From positions 255,049 through 319,048 of the forward strand of contig CAWCJA010000010.1 of assembly GCA_963795915.1 (NCBI GenBank): a DNA stretch of 64,000 bases. Reading direction: 5' to 3'. The stretch is from an uncultured Actinomycetota bacterium (GTDB lineage: Bacteria; Actinomycetota; Actinomycetes; Actinomycetales; Dermatophilaceae). Of the stretch, positions 47,635 to 57,385 are shown piece after piece; the stretch's first letter is position 1; every line of letters starts with the position of its first letter. The position numbers were made by a program, and so were the translations under genes. A model generated the notes under the pieces. That model worked only from the letters and a program-made list of their open reading frames with translations. It searched no databases and was not told the DNA's origin.

Positions 47635-48735
47635 TCAGGCCGAGGCGCCGACCCCCACCGGGCGGCGCTCGGTGAGCACACCCGCGAGCAGCTCGAGCGT
47701 GCGCTCCCGGGTGTCGGCCCGGCGCGGGTCCGCTCCCTCGCGCGACCCGGCCACCGGGTGCACCATCACCTCGTCGACGCCGAAGGTGGCGGCGAGGTCG
47801 GTGAGCTGCGCGGCGGCCTCGTCGGGCGTGCCGACCACCCAGCGCTCGAGCATCGATGCGGCGAGCGCCTCGTGCTCCGGCGGCAGGGTCTCGGCCGCGG
47901 CGGCCTCGACCGACAGCTGCGGGCGCAGGGCGCCGCTCGTGCGTAGGGCGACCATCGCCAGCAGCTGGGGGCGGACCAGCGCCAGCGCCTCCTCGCGGGT
48001 CTCGGCGACGCAGACGTTGACGGTGAGGAAGGTCGTCGGGGCGGCGGCGGCCGGGCTCGGGCGGAACTCGCGCCGGTATGCCGCGAGCGCCTCACCCGTG
48101 CCCTGGCCGGAGAAGTGATGGGCGAAGACGTAGGGCAGACCGAGCTCGGCCGCGAGGTGGGCCGAGTAGCCCGACGACCCGAGCAGCCAGACGGCCGGAA
48201 CCGAGGTGGAGCGGGGCGTCGCGTGGAGCACGTACTGGCGGCCGCCGAGGTCGAGGCCGACGCCGCCCGGGTCCATCATCGCGACGACGTTCTGCACGTA
48301 CTCCGGGAAGTGGCTCACCGCGTCGGCCTCCACGCCACCGCCGCCGTGGCGCAGGGCCCAGCTCGTCACCGGGTCGCTGCCGGGAGCGCGACCGATGCCG
48401 AGGTCGATGCGGCCGGGGTGGGCCGCCTCGAGCAGCGCGAACTGCTCCGCGACGACCAGAGGGGCGTGGTTGGGCAGCATGACCCCGCCCGACCCCACCC
48501 GGATGCGCTCGGTGGCGCCGGCCACCATGGCGATGAGCACCGCCGGGTTGGTCGCCGCGACCGCCGGCATGTTGTGGTGCTCCGCGAGCCAGTAGCGGCG
48601 GTAGCCCAGGCCGTCGGCGGCCCGGGCCAGGCCCAGGGTCGCCGCGAGGGCGTCACCGGTGCTCTGGTCGGCCCGCACGGGCACGAGGTCGAGCACGGAG
48701 AGGGTCAGCGGAGCAGACGGGGAGGAGTCAGACAC
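47635..48735 (-). CDS. LLM-class flavin-dependent oxidoreductase (luciferase-like)
   Basis: [43 protein letters not shown]. Confidence 0.92.
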   Translation of the reverse strand: MSDSSPSAPLTLSVLDLVPVRADQSTGDALAATLGLARAADGLGYRRYWLAEHHNMPAVAATNPAVLIAMVAGATERIRVGSGGVMLPNHAPLVVAEQFALLEAAHPGRIDLGIGRAPGSDPVTSWALRHGGGGVEADAVSHFPEYVQNVVAMMDPGGVGLDLGGRQYVLHATPRSTSVPAVWLLGSSGYSAHLAAELGLPYVFAHHFSGQGTGEALAAYRREFRPSPAAAAPTTFLTVNVCVAETREEALALVRPQLLAMVALRTSGALRPQLSVEAAAAETLPPEHEALAASMLERWVVGTPDEAAAQLTDLAATFGVDEVMVHPVAGSREGADPRRADTRERTLELLAGVLTERRPVGVGASA

Positions 48736-48839
48736 GTCAGGGCCAACGCGGTTCGGCCCGGATGCTGTTCCCATCCGGCGGTCCTACCGTGGCCGAGGGC
48801 CCGGGTGGGCCGCTCCGTCGCCCACCGGCGCCCCCAATG

Positions 48840-49593
48840 CCACCGGCTACTCCCTCGCGCTCGGGGACTCCCTCGCCGCCGGCTACCAGCCGGGCCAGGG
48901 GGACGACAAGACCGGGGGCTACGTCGGCGCCGTGAAGGCCGCCGTCGCCCAGAGCTCGCCCAAGACCCGGCTGGTCGACCTCGCGGGCTCCGGTGAGACG
49001 ACGGTGACCATGGTGTCGGGCGGCGTCTGCGCCTACGACGAGGGCAGCCAGTTCGACCAGGCCCTCGCGCTCCTGCACGCCCACGGACGGTTCACCCGGG
49101 TCGTCACCATCGACATGGGGGCCAACGACGTGCAGCGCTGCGTCAGCCGCACCACCGGCGCCATCGACGTGCCGTGTGTGCACACCGGGGGGGCTCGCCA
49201 CCGTCGCGACGAACCTCCCGATGATGCTGGGCAAGATCCGCAGCGAGGCACCGAACGCGACCGTGGTGGTCCTGAACTACGACAACCCTTTCCTCGCGGC
49301 CTCCATCCGGGGGCCCGCCGGGCAGGCGCTCGCCGCGGCCTCCCAGCAGCTCGCGGCCCAGCTCAACGCGATCATCGCCGGGGCGGCCGCCGCGCACGGC
49401 ACTCGGCTCGCAGACATCGCCACGGCGTCTCCGCACGACCGACACGACCCCGGCCGCCTTCCCGGGCTTCGGCACGCTGCCGACCAACGTCGGCGACATC
49501 TGCACGCTCACCTGGATGTGCCTGAAGAACGACATCCACGCCAACGACGTCGGGTATGCGCTCATGGGCCGCACGGTGGTGGCGAAGCTCTAG
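48840..49593 (+). pseudogene. Frameshifted SGNH/GDSL hydrolase
   Basis: GDSL and GAND blocks in one frame, central part in a second frame after a G7 run (49187-49193), DIH block and stop in a third frame; no intact signal peptide. Confidence 0.8.
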
Positions 49594-49607
49594 GGCCGAG
49601 ACCCGAC

Positions 49608-50966
49608 TCAGGTCCAGCCGTTGTCGTCGACCCCGCCCGGGATGTCCCGGTCGGGGTCGTACGGCAGCCGCGTATAGCGGAACGAGGCGAGGTCGAGATG
49701 GCTGACCTCCCCGTCGGCCTCCCGCACCACCACGAGCGGCTCGCTCGCGTAGTACCCGTCGAGGCCCACCCACGTGCCGTCGTCGACGGGCCGGAACCGC
49801 GACCCGCGACCCTGTCCGGGCACGCCGAGCTCGAGACCGCCGTCGGGGGTCGCGCGCACCAGCGTGACGGACGGGCCCCAGTGCCAGAGGCCCGCGAGCT
49901 CGAGCGCGGCCGGCGAGGTGCCGGTGGCGTACCAGGTCTCTGGCTCCAACGGCTCCCGCTCGCGCACGAGCGTGAGCAGGTCGCGGGCGAAGGCCAGCGG
50001 TGCGCTCGTCGTGTTGGCGAACACGACGACGCCGTCGCCGGTCTCGACGTCGACCTGTAGCCCGGCGAGGAAGCCCGGCATCGACCCGCCGTGGCCCGCG
50101 TAGCGCCGGCCGGCGTCGTTCCACACCTGGAAGCCCAAGCCGTGTCCGGCGGTCCACGCCTGGCCGGGCAGGTCGCTCACCGCCTGCACGACGAGCATCT
50201 CGGCCAGCGTGTCGGCCGCGAGCACGTCTCCGGTGTCGCCGGCGAGGAAGGCGGCCCAGCGCGCCAGGTCCTGCGTCGTCGACCACAGCTGGCCCGCCGG
50301 GGCCATCGCGCCGGCGTCGTGCTCCGGCTCGGGCAGGAGCAGGTCGGCGAACGGGTGGACCGCGAGGCCCTGGGCCGCCGCCCCGGACGGCCGGGTCGTC
50401 GTCCGCGTCATACCGAGCGGGGCCAGGAGGTCGCGGGCGACGACGGCGTCCCAGGCCTTGCCGTAAGCCCGCGCGACGAGCTCGCCGAGGGCGGCATACC
50501 CGACGTTCGTGTAGTGGTAGCGGCTGCTCGCCCGCATCCGCTGCACGGGCGAGGGCGACATGAGGTCGGCCCAGCCGCCGCCGGGGGTGCGCTCCCACCA
50601 GGGGCCGTCGGTCTCCGACTGCAGGCCGGAGGTATGCGTCAGCAGCTGGGCGATGGTGGCTCGCCCGAACGCGCTGCCGGGCACGTGCTCCTCGAAGCGG
50701 TCGTCGAGGTCGAGGCGTCCGTCGTCCCGCAGGCGCATGACGGCGACCGCGACGAAGGTCTTGGTGATCGACCCGATCCGGTACTGCGTGTCGGGGGTCG
50801 CGGGGGCACTGCCCTCCCGGCCGTCGACGGTCCCGCGGGCGTCGGCCCAGACCAGCTCACCGCGGCGGACGAGACCAGCCGCCACCGACGGCAGCCGTTG
50901 CGCCCGCTGCTCGGTGGCCAGCCGGGCGGCCAGCAGGCGGGCGGTGGCCGGGTCGAGCGCCGTCAC
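49608..50966 (-). CDS. Serine hydrolase, beta-lactamase class C family
   Basis: GSITK (SxxK), LLTHTSGL, YTN, HGGSMPG. Confidence 0.9.
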   Translation of the reverse strand: MTALDPATARLLAARLATEQRAQRLPSVAAGLVRRGELVWADARGTVDGREGSAPATPDTQYRIGSITKTFVAVAVMRLRDDGRLDLDDRFEEHVPGSAFGRATIAQLLTHTSGLQSETDGPWWERTPGGGWADLMSPSPVQRMRASSRYHYTNVGYAALGELVARAYGKAWDAVVARDLLAPLGMTRTTTRPSGAAAQGLAVHPFADLLLPEPEHDAGAMAPAGQLWSTTQDLARWAAFLAGDTGDVLAADTLAEMLVVQAVSDLPGQAWTAGHGLGFQVWNDAGRRYAGHGGSMPGFLAGLQVDVETGDGVVVFANTTSAPLAFARDLLTLVREREPLEPETWYATGTSPAALELAGLWHWGPSVTLVRATPDGGLELGVPGQGRGSRFRPVDDGTWVGLDGYYASEPLVVVREADGEVSHLDLASFRYTRLPYDPDRDIPGGVDDNGWT

Positions 50967-50969
50967 GGG

Positions 50970-53792
50970 TCAGGCCTTCTTGGCTGCCGGGCTGGTGCGG
51001 GCAGCGGTCTTCTTGGCCGTCGCCTTCCGGGCGGTCGTCGTCTTCTTGGCCGCGACCTTCTTCGTCACCCGCTTGCGGGTGGTCGGGCCCTTGGCCCGCT
51101 TCTCGGCGAGCAGCTCGTAGCCGCGCTCCGGCGTGATGGCCTCCGGGTCGTCGTCGCGGCGCAACGTCGCGTTCGTCTCCCCATCGGTGACGTAGGGCCC
51201 GAACCGGCCGTCCTTGACGACGACCGGCTTGCCGGACACGGGGTCGGCCCCGAGCTCCTTGAGCGGCGCGGTCGCCGCCCGCCCCCGCTGCTTGGGCTGG
51301 GCGTAGATGGCGAGCGCCTCGTCGAGGGTGATGTCGAACAGCTGCTGCTCGGTGACGAGCGAGCGGGAGTCCGTGCCCTTCTTGAGGTACGGCCCGTAGC
51401 GACCGTTCTGCGCGGTGATCTCGACGCTCGTGCCGTCGTCCTGCGTCGCCGTGCCGACCACGCGGGGCAGGGACAGCAGCTTGAGGGCTGCGTCGAGGTC
51501 GATCGTCGCGAGGTCCATGTCCTTGAACAGCGAGGCGGTGCGCGGCTTGGCCTTGGCCGCCTTGCTGCGGGTCTTGGGAGCGTCCTCGCCGTCGTCGGGC
51601 AGGACCTCGGTGACGTAGGGCCCGTAGCGACCGGCCTTGGCGACGATCTCGCGACCGGAGGCCGGGTCGAGCCCCAGCACGCGCCCGTCGTCGGCCGCGG
51701 CCTCGAGCAGCTCGCGAGCCTTGGCCGGCGTCATCTCGTCGGGCGCGATGTCGTCGTTGATCGTGGCGCGGCGCGGGGTCTCGGGCCCGTCGGGGGCTCC
51801 GTCGAGGAGTACCTCACCGGTCGCGGGGTCGACCCCGGACGGGCTGACCTCCTCGACGTAGGGACCGTAGCGGCCGACGCGCACGACCATGCCGTCACCG
51901 AGCGGGATGGTGGAGATCTCGCGGGCGTCGATCTCACCGAGGTCGTCGACGAGCTCCTTGAGACCCTCGCCCGAGGTGGCGTCGTCGCCGAAGTAGAAGC
52001 GGTGCAGCCAGGCCACCCGTTGCTCGTCACCACCGGCGATGCGGTCGAGGTCCTCCTCCATCGAGGCGGTGAAGTCGTAGTCGACGAGCCGCGGGAAGTG
52101 CTCCTCGAGCAGCCGGGTCACGGCGAAGGCGAGCCACGTCGGCACGAGGGCGTTGCCGCGCGCCCCGACGTAGCCGCGGTCCTGGATCGTGCCCATGATC
52201 GACGCATACGTCGACGGGCGGCCGATCCCCTTCTCCTCCATGGCCTTGACGAGCGTGGCCTCGGTGTAGCGCGGCGGCGGCTGCGTCTCGTGGCCGTCGG
52301 CCTCGGCGCGGATCACGGCCAGGGGCACGCCCTCGCCGAGCTTCGGCAGCCGGCGCTCCTCCTGCGCGATCTCCTTCTTCTTCTTGCTCGCCGACTCGTC
52401 GCGGCCCTCCTCGTAGGCGGCCAGGAAGCCGCGGAAGGTGATGACGGTGCCGCTGGCGGTGAACTCTGCGGTGCGGGCGACCTCGACGCCGTCGAGCGTG
52501 GCGGTCAGCTTCACCGTCGCCGTCGAACCGGTGGCGTCGTTCATCTGCGACGCGACCGTGCGCTTCCAGATCAGCTCGTAGAGGGCGAACTCGTCACCGC
52601 GCAGCTCGCCCGCGACCTGGGCGGGGGTGCGGAACCGGTCACCTGCGGGGCGGATCGCCTCGTGCGCCTCCTGGGCGTTCTTGACCTTGCCGGTGTAGCG
52701 GCGGGGCTCGGCGGGCACGTAGTCGGCGCCGTAGAGGTCGCGCGCCTGGCTGCGGGCGGCCGTGATCGCGCTCTCCGACAACGTGATCGAGTCGGTACGC
52801 ATGTAGGTGATGTAGCCGTTCTCGTAGAGCCGCTGCGCCACGCGCATCGCGTTCTTCGAGCTGAGCCGCAGCTTGCGCGACGCCTCCTGCTGCAGGGTCG
52901 ACGTCGTGAACGGCGCCGCCGGACGCCGCGTGTAGGGCTTCTCGTTGACGCTCGTCACGAGGACCGACGACTGCGGGACCGCGGCGGCGATGGCCCGGGC
53001 CATCTGCTCGTCGACGTGGACGACCGACTTCGCCTTGAGCTCGCCGGCGTCGGTGAAGTCCCGGCCGGTGGCCACCCGGTCGCCGTCGACCGCGCTGAGC
53101 CGCGCGGTGAACGCGTCGGCGTCCACGAGAGCGCCGCTGCTGGACCGGGTCGTGAACTCGCCCTCGACGTCCCAGTAGGAGGCCATGACGAAGGCCATCC
53201 GCTCGCGCTCCCGCTCGACGACCATGCGGGTGGCGACCGACTGCACGCGGCCAGCGGACAGGCCCTGACGGACCTTGCGCCAGAGCACCGGGGAGACCTC
53301 GTAGCCGTAGAGCCGGTCGAGGATGCGTCGCGTCTCCTGCGCGTCGACGAGGCGGGTGTCGAGCTCGCGGGTGTCGGTGACGGCGCGCTGGATGGCCTCG
53401 CGGGTGATCTCGTGGAACACCATCCGCTTCACCGGCACGTGCGGCTTGAGGGTCTCGAGCAGGTGCCAGGCGATGGCCTCGCCCTCGCGGTCCTCATCAG
53501 TGGCGAGGTAGAGCTCGTCGGCCTGCTTGAGCAGCCGCTTGAGCTCCGCGACCTTCTTCTTCTTGTCGTTGTCGACGACGTAGTAGGGCTCGAAGCCGTC
53601 GTCGACGTTGATGGCGAACTTGCCGAACGGACCCTTCTTCATCTCGGGCGGAAGCTCCGACGGGTTCGGGAGGTCGCGGATGTGCCCCACCGACGCCTCG
53701 ACGTCGAAGTCGCCTCCGAGGTAGCCGGCGATGGTCTTGGCCTTGGCCGGCGACTCGACGATGACGAGCTTGCGGCCCTTCCCTGCTGCCAC
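50970..53792 (-). CDS. topA: DNA topoisomerase I
   Basis: KLVIVESPAK, ATDEDREGE, AGRVQS, GYITYMRTDS, GIGRPSTY, GRYGPY repeats, Lys/Ala tail. Confidence 0.98.
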   Translation of the reverse strand: MAAGKGRKLVIVESPAKAKTIAGYLGGDFDVEASVGHIRDLPNPSELPPEMKKGPFGKFAINVDDGFEPYYVVDNDKKKKVAELKRLLKQADELYLATDEDREGEAIAWHLLETLKPHVPVKRMVFHEITREAIQRAVTDTRELDTRLVDAQETRRILDRLYGYEVSPVLWRKVRQGLSAGRVQSVATRMVVERERERMAFVMASYWDVEGEFTTRSSSGALVDADAFTARLSAVDGDRVATGRDFTDAGELKAKSVVHVDEQMARAIAAAVPQSSVLVTSVNEKPYTRRPAAPFTTSTLQQEASRKLRLSSKNAMRVAQRLYENGYITYMRTDSITLSESAITAARSQARDLYGADYVPAEPRRYTGKVKNAQEAHEAIRPAGDRFRTPAQVAGELRGDEFALYELIWKRTVASQMNDATGSTATVKLTATLDGVEVARTAEFTASGTVITFRGFLAAYEEGRDESASKKKKEIAQEERRLPKLGEGVPLAVIRAEADGHETQPPPRYTEATLVKAMEEKGIGRPSTYASIMGTIQDRGYVGARGNALVPTWLAFAVTRLLEEHFPRLVDYDFTASMEEDLDRIAGGDEQRVAWLHRFYFGDDATSGEGLKELVDDLGEIDAREISTIPLGDGMVVRVGRYGPYVEEVSPSGVDPATGEVLLDGAPDGPETPRRATINDDIAPDEMTPAKARELLEAAADDGRVLGLDPASGREIVAKAGRYGPYVTEVLPDDGEDAPKTRSKAAKAKPRTASLFKDMDLATIDLDAALKLLSLPRVVGTATQDDGTSVEITAQNGRYGPYLKKGTDSRSLVTEQQLFDITLDEALAIYAQPKQRGRAATAPLKELGADPVSGKPVVVKDGRFGPYVTDGETNATLRRDDDPEAITPERGYELLAEKRAKGPTTRKRVTKKVAAKKTTTARKATAKKTAARTSPAAKKA

Positions 53793-53912
53793 GGCATACC
53801 TGCGCTTTCGTTCACTCGCGGTCACGTGCAGCGGATTCGTCGCTGCTCCGACGTGGGTCGCGGAAGCACACGGTAGCCCAGCCGTCGGCGTCGACCGCTC
53901 AGGTCAGAGGTT

Positions 53913-53943
53913 GTTGAATTTTCAACTTTATGGGCGGTATGCT
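53913..53943 (+). promoter_or_regulatory. Sigma70-type promoter with overlapping palindromic operator
   Basis: TTGAAT-N18-TATGCT, 6 nt before GTG 53950; GTTGAA-TT-TTCAAC palindrome covers the -35. Confidence 0.7.
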
Positions 53944-53949
53944 GGTCGG

Positions 53950-54753
53950 GTGACCTCCCAGCCCGTCCTCTACCTCTCCCACGGCGCCCCTCCGCTCGCC
54001 GACGACGCCACGTGGACCCGTGAGCTCGCGGACTGGAGCAGCGACCTCGGGGACGGGTACGAGAAGCCGGCCAACATCCTCGTCGTGTCCGCCCACTGGG
54101 AGGAGGCGCCGCTCGCGCTCTCGTCGACGACCGGGGCGCCGCTCACCTACGACTTCTGGGGCTTCCCCCAGCGCTACTACGACGTGACGTATGCCGCCCC
54201 GGCCGCGCCGGCGCTCGCCGACGAGGTGGCCCGCATCGTGGCCGCTCCCGGGACGCCGGTGCACCGGGACGAGGCGCGGGGCCTCGACCACGGCGCCTAC
54301 GTGCCGCTCGTCGAGATGTTCCCGGACGCCGACGTGCCGGTGCTGCAGATGTCGATGCCGACGCTCGACCCCCAGGCCCTCTTCCGGCTCGGCCAGAAGC
54401 TCGCGCCGCTGCGGGAGGCGGGCACGCTCATCATCGGCTCGGGGTTCACGACCCACAACCTGCGCGCCTTCAACCCCTCGCTGCCCCCGGACGCCCCGGC
54501 GCCGGGCTGGTCCACCGAGTTCGACGCCTGGGCCAAGGAGGCGATGGCGCACGACGACGTCGACGCCCTGCTCGACTTCCTCGACAAGGCGCCGGCGGCG
54601 CACACGGCCCACCCGCGCACCGAGCACTTCGCCCCGCTCTTCGTCTCCCTCGGCGCTGCGCACGGCACCGACGGGTCGGGGCGACTGGACGCCAGGAGCG
54701 TCATCGACGGCTTCTGGTTCGGTCTGAGCAAGCGCAGCTGGCAGCTCGGCTGA
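53950..54753 (+). CDS. Class III extradiol dioxygenase (LigB/DODA-like)
   Basis: YLSHGAP, VSAHW, YDFWGFP, GLDHGAYVP, GSGFTTHNL, AHPRTEHFAPL. Confidence 0.92.
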   Translation: MTSQPVLYLSHGAPPLADDATWTRELADWSSDLGDGYEKPANILVVSAHWEEAPLALSSTTGAPLTYDFWGFPQRYYDVTYAAPAAPALADEVARIVAAPGTPVHRDEARGLDHGAYVPLVEMFPDADVPVLQMSMPTLDPQALFRLGQKLAPLREAGTLIIGSGFTTHNLRAFNPSLPPDAPAPGWSTEFDAWAKEAMAHDDVDALLDFLDKAPAAHTAHPRTEHFAPLFVSLGAAHGTDGSGRLDARSVIDGFWFGLSKRSWQLG

Positions 54754-54755
54754 CC

Positions 54756-54798
54756 CACGGCGGAATCACGGCGGACCCACGGCGGGAATGCCCGGCGG
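54756..54798. repeat. CACGGCGG direct repeats at 11-bp period upstream of the MFS gene
   Basis: Copies at 54756, 54767, 54778 and a variant CCCGGCGG at 54791. Confidence 0.6.
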
Positions 54799-56281
54799 CT
54801 CCGGGGACTTGGCCACAGGTGTGACCTCCACGAGCAGCGTGACCACCTCCACGGACGCGGAGGTCGGCTTCCGGTCCGAGCGCGGGCCCATCCTCGTCGC
54901 CCTCATGGTCACCACCGGGCTCATCGCGGTCGACGCGACCATCCTCGCCACCGCGGTGCCGTCGATCGTCAAGGACCTCGGCGGCTTCGCCTCCTTCCCA
55001 TGGCTGTTCTCGGTCTACCTCCTCGCGCAGGCCGTCTCGGTGCCGGTCTACGCCAAGCTGGCCGACACGGTGGGCCGCAAGCCCCTGATGCTGCTCGGGA
55101 TCGGCCTGTTCCTCGCCGGCTCGGTGCTCTGCGGCTTCGCGTGGTCGATGCCCGCCCTCATCGCCTTCCGGGCCGTGCAGGGCCTGGGCGCCGGCGCCGT
55201 GCAGCCGATGGCCATCACCATCGCCGGTGACCTCTACAGCGTCGCCGAGCGGGCCAAGGTGCAGGGCTACATCGCCAGCGTCTGGGGCATCTCCTCGGTC
55301 GTCGGCCCGGCCCTCGGCGGCCTGTTCTCCCAGCTCGACGCGTGGCGCTGGATCTTCTTCGTCAACGTCCCGCTCTGCCTGCTCGCGGGCGCCCTCATCG
55401 TCCGGACGTTCCACGAGCGCATCGAGAAGCGCCGGCACACCATCGACTACGCCGGTGCCGTGCTGCTCATGGCCTCGATGACCCTGCTCATCCTCGGGGT
55501 CCTGGAGGGCGGCCAGGCGTGGGCGTGGAGCTCGCCCGCGAGCATCGGCGTCTTCGTCGGCGGAGCCGTGCTGCTCGTCGCCTTCACGCTGGTCGAGCGC
55601 CGCGCCGCCGAGCCGGTGCTGCCGCTGTGGGTGCTGAGCCGGCGGCTGCTGCTGACGACCAGCCTGCTGGCGCTGGGGGTCGGGGCCATCCTCATCGGGC
55701 TCTCCTCCTACGTCCCCACCTACCTCGAGGGCGCGATCGGCTCGCCCCCGCTCGTCGCCGGGCTCGCCCTCGCGGCGCTGACCCTGGGCTGGCCGTTGGC
55801 CGCGACGTTCTCCGGGCGGCTGCTGTACCTCCGCTACGGCTTCAAGCCCACGGTGCTCGTGGGGATGGGCTTCGTGCTGGTCGGCATCACGCTCCTGGCC
55901 GTGCGCGCCCACGCGCCCCACGTAGCGGTGGTCGCGGCGGGATGCTTCGTCATGGGTCTCGGGCTCGGGCTCGTCGCCTCCCCCAGCCTCATCGCCGCCC
56001 AGGCCAGCGTCGAGTGGAGCGAGCGCGGCGTCGTCACCGGCGCCAACATGTTCGCCCGCTCCATCGGCAGCGCCGTCGGCGTGGCCGTCTTCGGCGCCGT
56101 GGCCAACGGCATCATCGACCGGGCCGGTGGCCCGACCGTGCCCGCCGCGGTGCGCGACGGCGCGGCGGCCGTCTTCTGGGCCGTCCTCATCGCGACGGTC
56201 GCGACCGCGGTCATCGCGCTGTTCATGCCGCGCGTGCGGGCCGAGCAGGTCGAGGCCCGCGAGGAGCCGGCCACCGCCTGA
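54788..56281 (+). CDS. MFS drug-resistance-type transporter (about 14 TM)
   Basis: YAKLADTVGRKP motif A, FRAVQGLGAG, WRWIFFVNVP; start may be 54821. Confidence 0.92.
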   Translation: MPGGSGDLATGVTSTSSVTTSTDAEVGFRSERGPILVALMVTTGLIAVDATILATAVPSIVKDLGGFASFPWLFSVYLLAQAVSVPVYAKLADTVGRKPLMLLGIGLFLAGSVLCGFAWSMPALIAFRAVQGLGAGAVQPMAITIAGDLYSVAERAKVQGYIASVWGISSVVGPALGGLFSQLDAWRWIFFVNVPLCLLAGALIVRTFHERIEKRRHTIDYAGAVLLMASMTLLILGVLEGGQAWAWSSPASIGVFVGGAVLLVAFTLVERRAAEPVLPLWVLSRRLLLTTSLLALGVGAILIGLSSYVPTYLEGAIGSPPLVAGLALAALTLGWPLAATFSGRLLYLRYGFKPTVLVGMGFVLVGITLLAVRAHAPHVAVVAAGCFVMGLGLGLVASPSLIAAQASVEWSERGVVTGANMFARSIGSAVGVAVFGAVANGIIDRAGGPTVPAAVRDGAAAVFWAVLIATVATAVIALFMPRVRAEQVEAREEPATA

Positions 56282-56290
56282 CCGGCCACC

Positions 56291-57385
56291 TCATGGCGCG
56301 GGGGCGGGTCCTCGCGGGCCGGCCGCGCCGGCGGCGAGCCGGTTGGCGGAGCGCGTCCACAGCGCGAGCGCCACGACGCCCGCGACGATCTGCGGCACGA
56401 ACGAGGCCGCGCGCCAGACCAGGGCCGACGCGGTGGCCACCCCCGGCGCCACCCCCAGCCCGACGAGCAGGGCGACCATGGCGGCGTCGACGGTGCCGAG
56501 GCCCCCGGGCGTGACGGGCAGCAGCAGGCCGAGCTGGCTCACGGCGAACGCCCCGAACACGACGAGCACCGGCGTGCCCGCGGCGTTCCAGCCCTCGAGG
56601 CCGCGCAGCGCGAGGTGGAGGATGACGAACTGCGCCACCGAGACGCCCACCTGGGCCATCGTGACGGCCGCCCACCGGCGCCGGACGAGCTCGATGATGC
56701 CGGCCCGGAAGCTCACCACCGCGCTCGAGACGGGCGGCCCCTTGCGGCGCAGTCGAACCGGGAGGCGGGCCGCCGCGGCGTCACCCCAGGCGCCCAGCCG
56801 CACGGCGGCCCCCTCGCTGCGCATGACGACCGCGAACCCGCCCACGAGTACCAGCAGCACGACGAGCCCGACCACGGCGCCGAGCACGGAGGAGCCCGCG
56901 GCGTGGCCGGAGAGCACGAGGGCGAGCACCCCGAGCACCGGGAGGCCGAGCGTCACGAAGAGGCTCCAGACCCCGATGGCCGCGATGGCCGAGGCCGCCG
57001 CCACCGAGGGGTACCCCCAGGAGGCGAACATCGCATACTGCACGCCGAGGCCGAAGGCGCCGCCGCCGGGCACGCCGTTGCTGATGGCGAAGGCCGCCTG
57101 GTTGAGCTGCTGCGCGTGCCGGAAGCCCAGTCCCGGGGCAGCGGCGACGAAGGGTAGGCCGTACCAGACGAGATAGACGACGACGGCCGCCGCGACGAGC
57201 AGCAGCGCCGGCACCGACATACTGCGCAGGGCGTCCGCCGCCTGCGCGTAGGAGCCGACCTGAGGCATGACCCGGAACACGATGAGGGCCAGCACCGCGA
57301 CCTCGACGACCGCGAGGATGACGACCCGCCGCTTGCTCAGGCCGGTGCGGGTGGGAGCCGGGGTCGCGGGCTCCGCCTCCGTCAT
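56291..57385 (-). CDS. Lysylphosphatidylglycerol synthase TM / flippase-like membrane protein
   Basis: Multiple TM helices, NGVPGGGAFG, PVTPGGLGTVDA, LVWR. Confidence 0.82.
   Translation of the reverse strand: MTEAEPATPAPTRTGLSKRRVVILAVVEVAVLALIVFRVMPQVGSYAQAADALRSMSVPALLLVAAAVVVYLVWYGLPFVAAAPGLGFRHAQQLNQAAFAISNGVPGGGAFGLGVQYAMFASWGYPSVAAASAIAAIGVWSLFVTLGLPVLGVLALVLSGHAAGSSVLGAVVGLVVLLVLVGGFAVVMRSEGAAVRLGAWGDAAAARLPVRLRRKGPPVSSAVVSFRAGIIELVRRRWAAVTMAQVGVSVAQFVILHLALRGLEGWNAAGTPVLVVFGAFAVSQLGLLLPVTPGGLGTVDAAMVALLVGLGVAPGVATASALVWRAASFVPQIVAGVVALALWTRSANRLAAGAAGPRGPAPAP

Noticed and set aside
50091-53876. 1261-aa plus-strand ORF, and similar long ORFs at 1028-3502, 26397-28643 and 59490-61607
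   Set aside because: Mirror-frame shadows of topA, clpC1, ftsH and the ABC gene; no independent motifs.
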